The notes: generated from the letters alone by a model not told the origin. Shown: positions 52,295 to 63,448, numbered from the stretch's first letter. The stretch: DNA of 64,000 bases from an uncultured Spirochaetota bacterium (GCA_963783575.1 CAWAOD010000003.1:128001-192000); one strand, 5' to 3'. A program made the numbers and translations.

Positions 52295-52607
52295 AAAAAC
52301 CTCCCATAAAAACCACACTAAGGTATATATCGGAAAGTTGTTCGGATAAAATTGAGTAAAATCTTATAAAAAGTCATTTTATCTTTAATCTGAGTTTTCC
52401 GGTTTTCCAAAAAAAAAACAATATAAGAATTATTTTTATTCACTCATATGATAGTTAAGCTTTTGAAAAATGTAAAGAGGTAAATAGTTCCAAAAGGAAT
52501 ATATGCAAATATTTATATTCATATTTGCATATCGGCAATGTTTCTGATAAAATAAATAATAAAACAATCTGGAAATAATCCAAGAAAAAACTAGTGGGCA
52601 AACGGCA

Positions 52608-53726
52608 ATGAATGTTGTTATGATATCCGGCGATTGGCCGCCATCGATTTCCGGCGTAGCAGACGCGATGAAAATCTACGCCGATTATTTTTTTAGGAAC
52701 AAAGCCGGTAATTTCATTGTAATAACAACCGAAGGCAATAATTTAAACCCGTTCCTTAACCGGGAATTTAAAATATTTGACTGCGTAAAAAACTGGACTT
52801 TCGGAGACTTAAGAATAATACTTAAAATTTTAATGCAAATCAAACCCGATGTTGTTCATATCCAATATCCGTTAACAGTATATAAAAAAAAACTTTTTAT
52901 CAATTTTCTACCAATGATGCTGAAATTTTACAGGTTTAAGACTGTCATCACTATTCATGAATATTCATATAATCTAAGTATTAAAGGCAGGATGCGATTA
53001 TGGCCGACAATCCTCTTCTCAAATTTTATTCTTGTTGCCGAACCGGTCTACATACGGCATATAAAGAAAATATTTCCCTGGAAGATGGTTGAAACCATTA
53101 ATATTGCATCGAACGTTCCGCCATCATTATTAACGATGAGGGAAAAGGCTGATTTGAGAAGAAAAATTACTGGCGGTGAAAATACTATTTTGCTTGGTCA
53201 TTTTGGGTTTATTAATAGGAATAAAATTCTTTCCCCACTGCTGGCTGTTTTAAAGCGTCTAAACCTAAACGGAAGAAAAGCAAAGCTTATATTTATCGGT
53301 GACATTGGCACTGATTCCGGCCATATAAATAATTTACATGATGAAATCAAAAGTCTTTCGATTGAAAACGACTGTATATTTACAGGGCACCTGGAGGATT
53401 ACCGGGCAGCGGATTATTTATCAGTTCTTGATTTTGCGGTACTCCTGTTTCAAAGCGGTTTATCTGCCAGAAACGCAACATTTCTCGCGGCAATGAGCCA
53501 GGGAATAAAAATTATCACAACTGTAAACCCACTTTACAAGCTTGAAAATGAAAACATATTTTTTGTAGAAAATAATAAAGATATTGAAGAAAAACTTTAT
53601 CAAATTATTAATGAAAAAATAGGTTTACAAACAAAGTATATTGGAGCTGAATTTTATAATAACGGATGGATTAGATATCTTGAAAAGCATCTGGAAGTTT
53701 ATAACAGGATTAATAAAAAAATTTAA
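52608..53726 (+). CDS. GT4 family glycosyltransferase
   Basis: WPPSISGVAD, PDVVHIQYP, VITIHEY, HFGFINRNK, GLSARNATFLAAMSQG. Confidence 0.85.
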   Translation: MNVVMISGDWPPSISGVADAMKIYADYFFRNKAGNFIVITTEGNNLNPFLNREFKIFDCVKNWTFGDLRIILKILMQIKPDVVHIQYPLTVYKKKLFINFLPMMLKFYRFKTVITIHEYSYNLSIKGRMRLWPTILFSNFILVAEPVYIRHIKKIFPWKMVETINIASNVPPSLLTMREKADLRRKITGGENTILLGHFGFINRNKILSPLLAVLKRLNLNGRKAKLIFIGDIGTDSGHINNLHDEIKSLSIENDCIFTGHLEDYRAADYLSVLDFAVLLFQSGLSARNATFLAAMSQGIKIITTVNPLYKLENENIFFVENNKDIEEKLYQIINEKIGLQTKYIGAEFYNNGWIRYLEKHLEVYNRINKKI

Positions 53727-53735
53727 GGGGTATAT

Positions 53736-55528
53736 ATGGATAAACGAAATCCCGGAATTTATCTCAATCATATCGGTTTTTTAACTGATACACGAAAACG
53801 TTTTGTGACAGACGATATAGAGGCTGGATATTTTGAAATACAGGATATGGCTGTAAATACAAAGGAAGAATTCGGTGAATTTGAAAACTGGAAGACAATT
53901 TTCAGGGGAGATTTAATACAATCTACAACGGATATGGGAAAATTCCTCACCGGGGATTTTTCAACTTTAAAAACGCCAGGGGTTTACCGCATATTGATCC
54001 CGGAAACAGGATTAAGGTCATATATATTTTTAATAAGCGATGGGGCTTACACGCTGATCCCCGATCTTTTTCTTAACTTTATACACATCCGCCGTTCCGG
54101 CGCCTTCGATCACCCTTACCGGGGCCCTTCACATCTTGACGACGGTATCAGGAACGACACAAAAGAACCCTATCCTCTTAAAGGGGGATGGTATGATGCC
54201 GGAGATCTGCGTAAATGGATGACTCATGCCAATTACCCTGTTTTTGGATTTCTTGATTTTTCTAAACGGAAAGAGTTTTTAAGGTCTGCCCTGGCCGATG
54301 AAAATATCAGCCGGAATGACTGGATTACCGAGAGCGCATGGGCGATAAATTATATTTTATCAATGCAGGATAAAGAAAGCGGGCAATTTTTCGAGGAGAC
54401 AGGCGGTGGAGGCGAAGCCCGAAGATACAGCGGCATGTCCTGGTGGTACGACAATCATTCGGGATGTTATGCGGACAACTCTCAGAATTATTTTACAGAT
54501 AATAAGCCCGGCTCCGGTGATGAACGCATCATTCGAACTGATTATAACCCGATTGTCCAGTATATTTCAATTGTAACGCTCTGCAAGTTCGCAAAAGCCG
54601 TAGAAAAAGAAAAACCTGAATTCACAAAAGAATGCCTTGAATCGGCCCGCCGGGCATGGATATACACAAACAGTAAGAAGGATGACGATCCTCTGCATAA
54701 ATGGACTTCTGTCAGGGCATGGAGACTTTCCGCCCATCTGGAGCTTTATTTGAACAAAATTTGCGGTCAAAATGAAATCATTTCGTCATACACAGAAATT
54801 GAGGAATGTTTCAGCGGTAATATCGGATATTTTATGATGGAGAAAGATGGCAAGGAGCCATATCGCGGTATAATACATTCAGCTTTCCCAATATTGGCCC
54901 TGTGTGATTTTGTTGAGAATTTTTCCACTGCCCCTGAAACCTTAAGGGCTAAAGAACTGCTTATGAAAATTATTGACCGATATGCAATACCGCTGACGCT
55001 TACAAATCCTTTCGGAATCATTCCTTACGGGCTCTTCTCCGCAGAGAATACGCCGGTTGATTACTATCATAAATGGAAAAACGGAGTTTTCTACCGTTTT
55101 TCATGCCGGTTCATTCGACTCAAAGGGTAAGCCATGGATTGTCCAGCCACTGGACCCAGTGGGCGCATACTTTATCCCGCTGCGCAGGTATTTTGAACCG
55201 GCCGGAATTGAAAGACGCGGCATGGGACCAGCTTTACTGGCTCTTCGGTGGAAATCCCCTGAACGCCTGTATGGTGAGCGGCATCGGTTATAATAATCCA
55301 ATGCCCCACTCAAGGTTTTATGGGATGATCCCCGGCGGTTTTATGATAGGACCGCGCGGAAATGAAAATGATGAAATCAGTATTGATCTTGAGCGATATG
55401 CGGAATGGGCAACAACAGAGTATTGGAATTATCCTGTCGGGAATACTCTGCAGGCCTTTCACAGGCTTTTCCCGGATCGTTTTGATCCCGATAAAAAATT
55501 GGGTATAACAAACCCGAATATTTCATAA
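53736..55528 (+). CDS. Glycoside hydrolase family 9 with N-terminal Ig-like domain; -1 frameshift at T5 run 55097-55101
   Basis: IYLNHIGF, GDFSTLKTPGVYRI, KGGWYDAGDLRK, WLFGGNPLNACMVSGIGYN, WATTEYW; adding one T joins FYRF to FMPVH. Confidence 0.82.
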
Positions 55529-57379
55529 CTTATAGAATTGGAACCTGTTTTTCCCGAGAGATTTGGCAATATAAAGCGCCTGATCTGCTTTATGAAGAAG
55601 CTCTTCCGGTTCTTCACCGTCACTGGGAAATATGCTGATTCCTATACTGGCAGTGATAATTATATCATCAGAATTAATCCGGTAAGGAAGATTAATTTCA
55701 TGAAGGATCTTTTCAGCTAAAACTTTTATTGATTTTTTTCTTATAATAAAAGGCAGCAACACAGCAAATTCATCACCGCCAAGCCGGCAGGTTATATCAC
55801 TATCCCTAAGGCAACTTTTTAGTCTTAATGCGGCATGTTTCAAAAGAATATCACCGGTCGCATGGCTGTATTTATCGTTCACCTTCTTAAATTCATCCAG
55901 ATCCATAAAAAGTACGGCCAGAAGGTATTTTTTCGAATATGCCTGGTTAAATGAAAGCTGAAGATGTTTCATAAACAGGATACGGTTGGCTAAACCGGTT
56001 AAAGGGTAATGTTCCGCCTGGTATTTAAAATTCTCCTCCCTTTCAACTCTTTCGGTAATATCCATAAAAAATATAACAACTGTATTTATTTTTACAGGCA
56101 AAGTATGGATTTCAAATATCCTGGGTTCTCCATCAATATAATAATTAAAACGGTCTAATTTCAGCATGCCCCCTTCATTTAATATCCGGTTGATTTCATT
56201 AATGAAATCAATACTTACAAGTTCCGGATAAATTTCCACAATATTTTTGTTGTAATATTTTTTGGTATCCGCATGAAGAATTGAATCGGCAGCCTGATTG
56301 CTTTCAACAATCAATAACTGCCCATGCTGATCCTGTTCCACTAAAAAAGCCCCTATCGGCGCCGAATCTATTATCTGCCTAAGGTTGATTTCCGATTGCC
56401 GAAGCGCTTCTTCAGTCTTTTTCCAGGCGGTAATATCCTTATCAACACCTCTGAAGCCTGTCAGGTTATTATCCTTATCCAGAATCGGGCTGGCATTTGT
56501 GAGGAAAAACACAGGTTTCCCGCTCTTATGAATGTACCTATGCATCATTTCCGTTATACTTCCCTTATCTTTTCTTGCAGAATTAAAAATATTACGGAGT
56601 GCCGATAAATCATCCTCCGGGCATAGATCAAAAGGAGACATCCCAATCAGCTCTTCCGGGGAATACCCCAGCAAATCAATTGTTCTGCCGCTTGTATACT
56701 GATAATTCCAGTATTTATCAACTTCCCATATAATATCGTTACTGCTGAAGGCTATATCCTTTAACCTTTGTTCTGAGTTATGAAGCTCAAAATTCTTTTG
56801 AAGTATCGTATTATAATTCCTGGCCCGCAGGTATTCAAAAAAAGCTGATATAGCGTAAACCGCGAAAAATGAGCACATATATCTAATTTTATAATGGAAA
56901 TCATATTTTTGCGCATACGGCAGTGAATCGATATTAAAAAAGATTATCACCAGAAACATATATGATAAAACCAGGATTGATCCTTCCAATGGCCCAAGAA
57001 GGAATAAGACAAAGAGGGGAAATGGATAAGTCCAGAGAGTGCCTGTCTGAAATATGCCGCCTGTGTATACCAGATATAAAAAAAGCAGCCCCATTACATA
57101 AACACCAAGCCGGCCGTATAAGTCATAATTTCTTGTTATTGTGAGGGCAACTGCTAACAGGCACAGCACGAAAGCGGTGATTAGCTCCAATACTCCGATT
57201 AACCTGTGCCCTATAAAAAGGATATAGATACCATATGGGACTAAAATAAAAAAACAAACAAAAAAAGCGAAATATAACAGGATAATTTTTGAAAGACGCT
57301 CCAGGTTTTCCAGATCAGCAGTATTATTTGATGAATCCCCGAAAATCACCTTCAGCAGGTTTACCGTTTTAATTGACAT
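55523..57379 (-). CDS. Membrane-bound PAS-PAS-GGDEF diguanylate cyclase
   Basis: N-terminal TM region, PAS (IIWEVD..LLGYSPEELIG..GFRGVDKDIT), LTGLANR, DLDEFKKVND, RDSD I-site, RLGGDEF. Confidence 0.92.
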   Translation of the reverse strand: MSIKTVNLLKVIFGDSSNNTADLENLERLSKIILLYFAFFVCFFILVPYGIYILFIGHRLIGVLELITAFVLCLLAVALTITRNYDLYGRLGVYVMGLLFLYLVYTGGIFQTGTLWTYPFPLFVLFLLGPLEGSILVLSYMFLVIIFFNIDSLPYAQKYDFHYKIRYMCSFFAVYAISAFFEYLRARNYNTILQKNFELHNSEQRLKDIAFSSNDIIWEVDKYWNYQYTSGRTIDLLGYSPEELIGMSPFDLCPEDDLSALRNIFNSARKDKGSITEMMHRYIHKSGKPVFFLTNASPILDKDNNLTGFRGVDKDITAWKKTEEALRQSEINLRQIIDSAPIGAFLVEQDQHGQLLIVESNQAADSILHADTKKYYNKNIVEIYPELVSIDFINEINRILNEGGMLKLDRFNYYIDGEPRIFEIHTLPVKINTVVIFFMDITERVEREENFKYQAEHYPLTGLANRILFMKHLQLSFNQAYSKKYLLAVLFMDLDEFKKVNDKYSHATGDILLKHAALRLKSCLRDSDITCRLGGDEFAVLLPFIIRKKSIKVLAEKILHEINLPYRINSDDIIITASIGISIFPSDGEEPEELLHKADQALYIAKSLGKNRFQFYKL

Positions 57380-57550
57380 GCGCCCCCCTGACCCAACCGC
57401 ATATTTAATTTTTGTTAATACCGGAAAAACATCTGTTAATTATTATTAAATATACCCCCGTTAATAGAAACATTAATTATATAATAATATGAATGTGAAG
57501 ATAAGTAAATAATATTTGAAAGTTTATTTTGATAGTAATGAAGCATGTAC

Positions 57551-57699
57551 GGGTTCACTGAAAATTAGCATAAATCTTAAAATGTTTAATAAACAGTATT
57601 TTATTGGTGTCATATCTTATTTTATAACAATGAGTTATAAATGCAATTAGAAAAGGTTGGTTATAGTTTTCAAATTTTAACTCATTTTTCAGTGAACCC
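57551..57699. mobile_element. Putative 149-bp MITE
   Basis: 14-bp perfect terminal inverted repeats GGGTTCACTGAAAA / TTTTCAGTGAACCC, AT-rich non-coding interior, near-direct flanks ATGTAC / ATGTTC. Confidence 0.55.
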
Positions 57700-57722
57700 A
57701 TGTTCGGCAGAAAATGATGGTT

Positions 57723-58911
57723 TTACTTTTCATGCCAGGCAGTCTGTTCTGAATTTTCTACGCTTTTTATGCTGAAACTGCCTATCTTATTTTTGGCAGC
57801 GGTTCTGATCGAGAAAAGAGAGCCGGAACGCTTGACACAATCTCCGGAAAAGTATTCTTTACTCCAACAGCCGCCGGCAAACCGGTTTAATAATTCTCCA
57901 AGCTCTTTTTCATTGCCTTCGGGAAAAATCAAACGGCTGTCACCTAAAACCCCGGGTATTTCCCCCCGATGAAGAACCGATAACCGGAGTGCCGCAGGCC
58001 TGGCATTCGATAATAACCCTTCCGAACTGCTCTTTCCACCAGGATTTTGTTTTTGAAGGAAGAACCAGCACATCCAGACAATTATAAAAATATGGAAGTT
58101 TATCTATACCAAGGCTCCCCAGGAAATATACATAATCCTGGCAGCCTTCATTCAGAATTAGTTTTCTCAATTCTTCAATATAATTCTCATTGCCTGCGCC
58201 AGCAATGTATAATGAGAAATTTCCAACCAATCCTTTAATATACTTGAGTGATAATATCAGGGTATCAATTCCCTTCTCTTCAGCAATCCGGGCTGCGAAC
58301 CCGATTTTAAATTTCTTACCCGCCATTTCCGGAAAATACCTTATAGATTCTTCAAAAGGCATTGGTTTGAATCTATCTGTATTAACAAAATACGTGGTTT
58401 TATAAAGTTTATTCCCCGCTCCCTTATCTTTATAAATACCAATTCCATCTTTTGATACAACGGCAAGCCTGAATATTTTTCGTAAAACGAACTTTTCAAA
58501 CCATTTATATGGTACAGGATGCCTGACGGGAAGATTTTCATCCGATTCTATTGATATTTTCGCTTTAGGAACAAATAACCCACACAACAGCATAATTTCA
58601 AAACAGGCAGATGAAAACGGTTCTTCTTTAATATAAATAAAATCAGGCCTGGCTTTCAAAAGTATAAAAACAATTTTAAAAATGTTAAGGTAAAAAAAAG
58701 ATCGGATATGATTTGTAAAAACGGTTTTCAAAGGATAAATTCGGTAATTTCTATCGATAGAATCATCTCTTTGAAAATATTGTTTTTTGGAACTCTCAAT
58801 CCATTTTTCCGCCGTAATTACAGTTAATTCCGTTCCCTGCCGAGCAATTTCCTTGAATAAATAACGGTATTCCTTTTCAACACCCGCATGCCATATGTAT
58901 AGCAATTTCAA
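57723..58911 (-). CDS. GT4 family glycosyltransferase; +1 frameshift at G6 run (57962-57967)
   Basis: IGFAARIAEEKGI, DVLVLPSKT..WKEQFGRVIIECQACGTPVIGSSSG; removing one G continues EIPGVLGD..IFPEGN. Confidence 0.88.
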
Positions 58912-58913
58912 AT

Positions 58914-60359
58914 TTAACTCCTTTTTATAAACGGATTCAGCCTGCTTTTGTAAATCTCGCCCAGAAGGCTTTCCTTAAGAAGGGTCAATACTCCAAGATA
59001 AACAATCATTCCGGCGGTTCCTGCTATTATGAAATCTAACAGGTAAAAAAAGTTCAGCCTTTTACAGAGGATAATTACTGCAGCCATCGGTACCGCTGAA
59101 ATGAGGTAGTACAGATTTTCATGGTCAAGAAAGCCTTTTTTTAAATACTGCCAGCCAAAAGCCACCTGTAATATACAGACTAAAAACTGGGAAAGAATAA
59201 GCGCAAGGGCAGACCCGTTCTGTTTCATGACCGGTATGAACAGAATATTAAGAACCAAAGAAACAATAATGCCCATAATGATGCAGAACAGATATTTTCT
59301 TTCCTGCCCGGTCGAATATAGTGTCTGTTCTCCTGTTAATCTTGCAAGCCCGGTTAATACTAAGATTGGACTCATTATTTTTATGGTATCTACTGAATTT
59401 GTAAATTTAATGCCCCCAAAAAAAAGAGCGAGATAATCAGAAAGAAAAATAGCGCATACGCAAAAAGGAATTGAAAGAAGAAAAATGAATTTCATTGATT
59501 TGTTTAAAATGGAATGGATATTATCGATTTTATTATTACTGAAATAATTTGATATCCTGGGCATTAATACCGTTGAAATAGAGGTTATAAATATGAGTAT
59601 TGTCTGCAGGACTTTATCCGCAAGCGAGTAATATCCGACATCCTTATCGCCCGTCATAAAACCCAGGATAACTTTTTCAAGTCCAAGGGATAAGGAAAAA
59701 ATTATCAGAAAGGTGGTAAGGAGATAGGGCATATGTTTTTTCAGCGAAAGGCTTCTCCATTGCAATTTAACAATGTTTTTTAAGTTGAAGCAATTTACAA
59801 CATCCGCACCTATGACCGGGATCAGGCTGACTGCGGCATATTTGACAAAATCGTCATTCCTCAATACGGCTATAAAAATCATTGCGGTGCTTATGACTTT
59901 TAAAATGCTGTTCCTCAGAGAAATATAAGGATACTTTTCGAGGCCTGAATAAAGCCAGTCCATTGAGAGGGGATTCAACAGGATGCTTGCCCCAAAAACA
60001 AGATACAGCGGTAATTCACTTCGAATTTTCGGAACAAATAAAAGCAGTAAAATGTAAAATATTAATGATATTACAGTAAAAATTATACTTATAAAAAAAA
60101 GCTCTGAAAATACCCGGTCTAATTTTTCCCTGTCGTTCCTGGCTTTAGCGATTTCACGCATTCCGTAAAGCGGAAGTCCGAGACTGGAAATAAGTAAAAA
60201 ATAATTGGCTATAGACGCGGCAAAGTTTACCATGCCGAAGCTTTCAGGGCCCAATACCCTGGTTATGTAAGGATATGTTATAAGTGAAAGAAAAGTGTTT
60301 ATAAAACTCATTGTAACATTATAGATATAATTCTTTCTGATAGAAGGAATTTGTTTCAT
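58914..60359 (-). CDS. Wzx-type polysaccharide flippase
   Basis: SIRKNYIYN..ITYPYITRVLGPESFG, LGLPLYGMREIA, WLYSGLE, VGYYSLADK, VLMPRIS; ATG 60359 with GGAG. Confidence 0.9.
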   Translation of the reverse strand: MKQIPSIRKNYIYNVTMSFINTFLSLITYPYITRVLGPESFGMVNFAASIANYFLLISSLGLPLYGMREIAKARNDREKLDRVFSELFFISIIFTVISLIFYILLLLFVPKIRSELPLYLVFGASILLNPLSMDWLYSGLEKYPYISLRNSILKVISTAMIFIAVLRNDDFVKYAAVSLIPVIGADVVNCFNLKNIVKLQWRSLSLKKHMPYLLTTFLIIFSLSLGLEKVILGFMTGDKDVGYYSLADKVLQTILIFITSISTVLMPRISNYFSNNKIDNIHSILNKSMKFIFLLSIPFCVCAIFLSDYLALFFGGIKFTNSVDTIKIMSPILVLTGLARLTGEQTLYSTGQERKYLFCIIMGIIVSLVLNILFIPVMKQNGSALALILSQFLVCILQVAFGWQYLKKGFLDHENLYYLISAVPMAAVIILCKRLNFFYLLDFIIAGTAGMIVYLGVLTLLKESLLGEIYKSRLNPFIKRS

Positions 60360-60581
60360 AATTCTCCCGGCGGACGGATAATTTATTTGATCTATCTGGT
60401 AAAACGGCATATATGATATCAAAAGGTTTGATGAAAGTCAATTTGCGGCAGAAAATATTGAAAACCACAAAGATCATAAATCAGATTTTAATCCGCTTGT
60501 AAAATTTAATAATAATATATTAAAACGATGCCGGAGTCAAATGATGACTGGAAAAATACAAAAATAAAATAAAAATTTCTC

Positions 60582-60627
60582 TTGACAATCATAATGAATA
60601 ATGATATAATATATCTAAACGATATAT
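60582..60627 (+). promoter_or_regulatory. Consensus sigma70 promoter with overlapping inverted-repeat operator (PadR operon)
   Basis: TTGACA (60582-60587), 17 bp, TATAAT (60605-60610); ATATATC-taaac-GATATAT at 60609-60627. Confidence 0.75.
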
Positions 60628-60638
60628 ATAGGATCGAT

Positions 60639-61145
60639 ATGTTAGAACAATGTATTTTAGGTTTTTTAAATTATAAGCCGATGACCGGATACGAAATTAA
60701 AGGGTTTATGGGAAACAGCACGCAGCATTTTATGTTCGCAAGTTACGGAAGCATTTATCCTGCGCTGCGCCGGCTGGAAAAAAGGAAATGGATTGAATCG
60801 GCTCAAAAGGTTGAAAACGGCCGGATGAAAATCACCTACTCCATAACAGACGAAGGTAAAAGCGAATTTATAAACTGGCTTTCATCCGAATGGAACTTTA
60901 ATAATGGGATAGAAGGAATGCTTTTACACATTTTTTTCGGCAGTTTTTTACCGACCGAAAAAATTAAATTAAAATTTGAGGAGCTGATTCAAGCCATTGA
61001 AAAAAGACGCCAGGATTTGTGCGCCATTGAAACAACTATTCCGGAAAACCATGAGAATTCGTTTGAATATGCAACCCTTGTTTTTGGTAAGGATTTTTAT
61101 GCTTTTACAGAAAATTGGCTATCGGAATTTATAAAGAAAATTTAA
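60639..61145 (+). CDS. PadR family transcriptional regulator
   Basis: ILGFLNYKPMTGYEIK..ASYGSIYPALRRLE..YSITDEGK.EF..WL. Confidence 0.92.
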   Translation: MLEQCILGFLNYKPMTGYEIKGFMGNSTQHFMFASYGSIYPALRRLEKRKWIESAQKVENGRMKITYSITDEGKSEFINWLSSEWNFNNGIEGMLLHIFFGSFLPTEKIKLKFEELIQAIEKRRQDLCAIETTIPENHENSFEYATLVFGKDFYAFTENWLSEFIKKI

Positions 61146-61302
61146 TGAAAGAAAGTATTTTCTATTGGAATTCCCTCGTAAGAGCTCGGGATAAGCTCCA
61201 CATAGCTGAGATGAATTAACCTGATCAAGCGGCCTGTCCTGAGCACGACGAAGGGGCACGCTTGTTAAAGTCTGTATAGAACAAATTTCAGGAGGCAATG
61301 GT

Positions 61303-62187
61303 ATGGATCCAATTTTCATTGAAAAAGAAACCTGCAGAAAGTGCGGATTATGCGCCGAAGTTTGCCCTAACAAAATAATCAAAAAGAATGAAAATAAAAA
61401 TTTGGAAATTCAGCCGGACAGAATAGAACTCTGTTTTAAATGCGGCCAATGTATGGCTATATGCCCTACAAAATCAATAAATATTGAGGGATTATCATAC
61501 TTAAAAGATTTTTTTGATCTTCCAAAACAGGAATCTTATGAAGAGGGATTTTTTAATCTTCTCTATTCAAGAAGAGCTGTCAGAAACTTTTCTAACAGGC
61601 CTGTAACCAGAGATGCCTTGGAAAAAATCGTTAAAGCAATATCATTTGCCCCTCCTGGTTTTCCTCCTATTAAAACCGAACTTATAGTTATACAAAATAA
61701 GCAGTTAATAGAAAAGGCTTTGCCTTATATGATCGAATTATTTGATTTTCTTGTAAAAGCTATGGGTAACCCGGTAATTAGAATGTTTATTAAAAAGGAG
61801 ACCGGCAAAAAGCGCTTTGCAACCATGAGAAAGCATTTGATACCCATGATGATTAAAAGACTGCCTTTTTTGAAAAACGGTTCGGAAAACACCATAACAC
61901 GTGATGCCCCGGCAATGATCCTCTTTCTGGCAAACCGTGACGGTGAAGATATCAGGGAAGATATTTTTATTGCCGCCAGTTTTGGTATCCTAGCCGCTCA
62001 TGCAATTGGTTTAGGCGGTTCAATTATGGACATCATACCGCCGGCAATTGAAAAAAAGAAAGAACTTAGAAAATTGTTTAATGTATCGGATGATCAGGAG
62101 GTTGTAGCATCAATAATTATAGGTTATCCTAAATATAAATACCAGAGGGGAATAAACAGAAAAATAAAAAACATTAAATGGCTATAA
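61303..62187 (+). CDS. Nitroreductase with N-terminal 2x[4Fe-4S] ferredoxin domain
   Basis: CRKCGLCAEVCP, CFKCGQCMAICP, RRAVRNFS, LAAHAIGLG, IIGYP. Confidence 0.9.
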   Translation: MDPIFIEKETCRKCGLCAEVCPNKIIKKNENKNLEIQPDRIELCFKCGQCMAICPTKSINIEGLSYLKDFFDLPKQESYEEGFFNLLYSRRAVRNFSNRPVTRDALEKIVKAISFAPPGFPPIKTELIVIQNKQLIEKALPYMIELFDFLVKAMGNPVIRMFIKKETGKKRFATMRKHLIPMMIKRLPFLKNGSENTITRDAPAMILFLANRDGEDIREDIFIAASFGILAAHAIGLGGSIMDIIPPAIEKKKELRKLFNVSDDQEVVASIIIGYPKYKYQRGINRKIKNIKWL

Positions 62188-62219
62188 ATTATAATTTAAT
62201 TATAGATAGGAGTATGCAC

Positions 62220-62780
62220 ATGAAAGCAGTAATCATTTCTGATAAGGAGTTTCAGAACGCGCTTTATCAAAAACTTAAAAAACAAACAACCGGGTTTTTA
62301 ATAGATAAAGTCTTTGAGACAGAAACCATAGATATTGGAAGGGAAGATCTCGCATTCTGCATGGGGTGCTTCGGCTGCTGGATTGAAAAGCCCGGTGAAT
62401 GTGTAATCAATGATAAGATATCACAGATCAACCGGAAGTTTATTAACAGTGATGTTGTAATTTATCTCAATCCAGTGACCTTTGGACAGTTCAGCGCCAA
62501 TATCAAAAATGCTATCGACAGATGGCTACCCAATATTCTTCCTTTCTTTATAAGAAGGCCCGATGGTTCAACAATGCATCCCTCCAGATATGATTCACTT
62601 CCAAAACAAATTATCATCGGATACGGTGAGGACCTTTCAGAGGATGATATTAAGCTTTTTATAGATATTATAGAAAAACATAGAAGAAATATTGAAGTTT
62701 TAATTTATCAAAATAACAGCAAAGATATTTCCGAAGAATTGAATAAAATAAACCTTGAAAAGGTGGGTAAAAACTTATGA
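62220..62780 (+). CDS. Flavodoxin-fold / iron-sulfur flavoprotein-like protein
   Basis: CMGCFGCWIEKPGECVIND, PVTFGQFSANIKNAIDR. Confidence 0.82.
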   Translation: MKAVIISDKEFQNALYQKLKKQTTGFLIDKVFETETIDIGREDLAFCMGCFGCWIEKPGECVINDKISQINRKFINSDVVIYLNPVTFGQFSANIKNAIDRWLPNILPFFIRRPDGSTMHPSRYDSLPKQIIIGYGEDLSEDDIKLFIDIIEKHRRNIEVLIYQNNSKDISEELNKINLEKVGKNL

Positions 62781-63448
62781 GAAGTATTGTTTTAATAGAC
62801 GGAAGTCCTAAGATTAAAGAAAGTTCATTATCAAAACATCTTGCTGAAATGGCGGGAAGTTATATTGATAATTCCTATGCCGAGAAAACATATATAAATG
62901 TCCGGCAAAGTATGATAAAACATATTACTCAATCTGATTTTGAAAAAATGTCTGAGGCCGAAGCCATAATTATTACCTTCCCTCTTTACATATTCTGCAT
63001 GCCGGGTATCTTAACCAGGTTTTTACAGGATTATTATCAATTCTTTCTGATACAAGGAAAAACATCAAATAACCCGAAAGTATATGCAATTGTAAACTGC
63101 GGATTTCCCGAACCTGAAATAAATTTTGAGGCTGTGAGGGTTATCAGGAGTTTTTGCCTTCATATTAACGCCAATTTCCGTTTCGGTATAATGATCGGCG
63201 GAGGAGGAATGCTGATTGATGCCCTGGATGCTCCCTTTATGAAAAAGACACTGGATAAATTGAGCAATTCCTTTATAACAATAGCAAAGGATATTAAAAC
63301 CAATAGCGTGGAAAGGCTTAATAACATTAATATTACCATGAATTTCCCGGGATGGCTTTATCTGTTCATGGCCAGCAGAGGCTGGTTTAGCATGGCCCGT
63401 CAGAATGGTCTCAAAAAAAAGGAACTTTATAATAAGCCATATCTGTAA
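62777..63448 (+). CDS. Flavodoxin-like NAD(P)H-dependent oxidoreductase
   Basis: IDGSPK, FPLYIFCMP, VNCGFPE, IGGGGM. Confidence 0.78.
   Translation: MRSIVLIDGSPKIKESSLSKHLAEMAGSYIDNSYAEKTYINVRQSMIKHITQSDFEKMSEAEAIIITFPLYIFCMPGILTRFLQDYYQFFLIQGKTSNNPKVYAIVNCGFPEPEINFEAVRVIRSFCLHINANFRFGIMIGGGGMLIDALDAPFMKKTLDKLSNSFITIAKDIKTNSVERLNNINITMNFPGWLYLFMASRGWFSMARQNGLKKKELYNKPYL

Noticed and set aside
57692..57710. GTGAACCCATGTTCGGCAG as a fifth copy of the three-hairpin element
   Set aside because: Hairpins 1 and 3 are absent; the match is explained by the MITE end plus flank.
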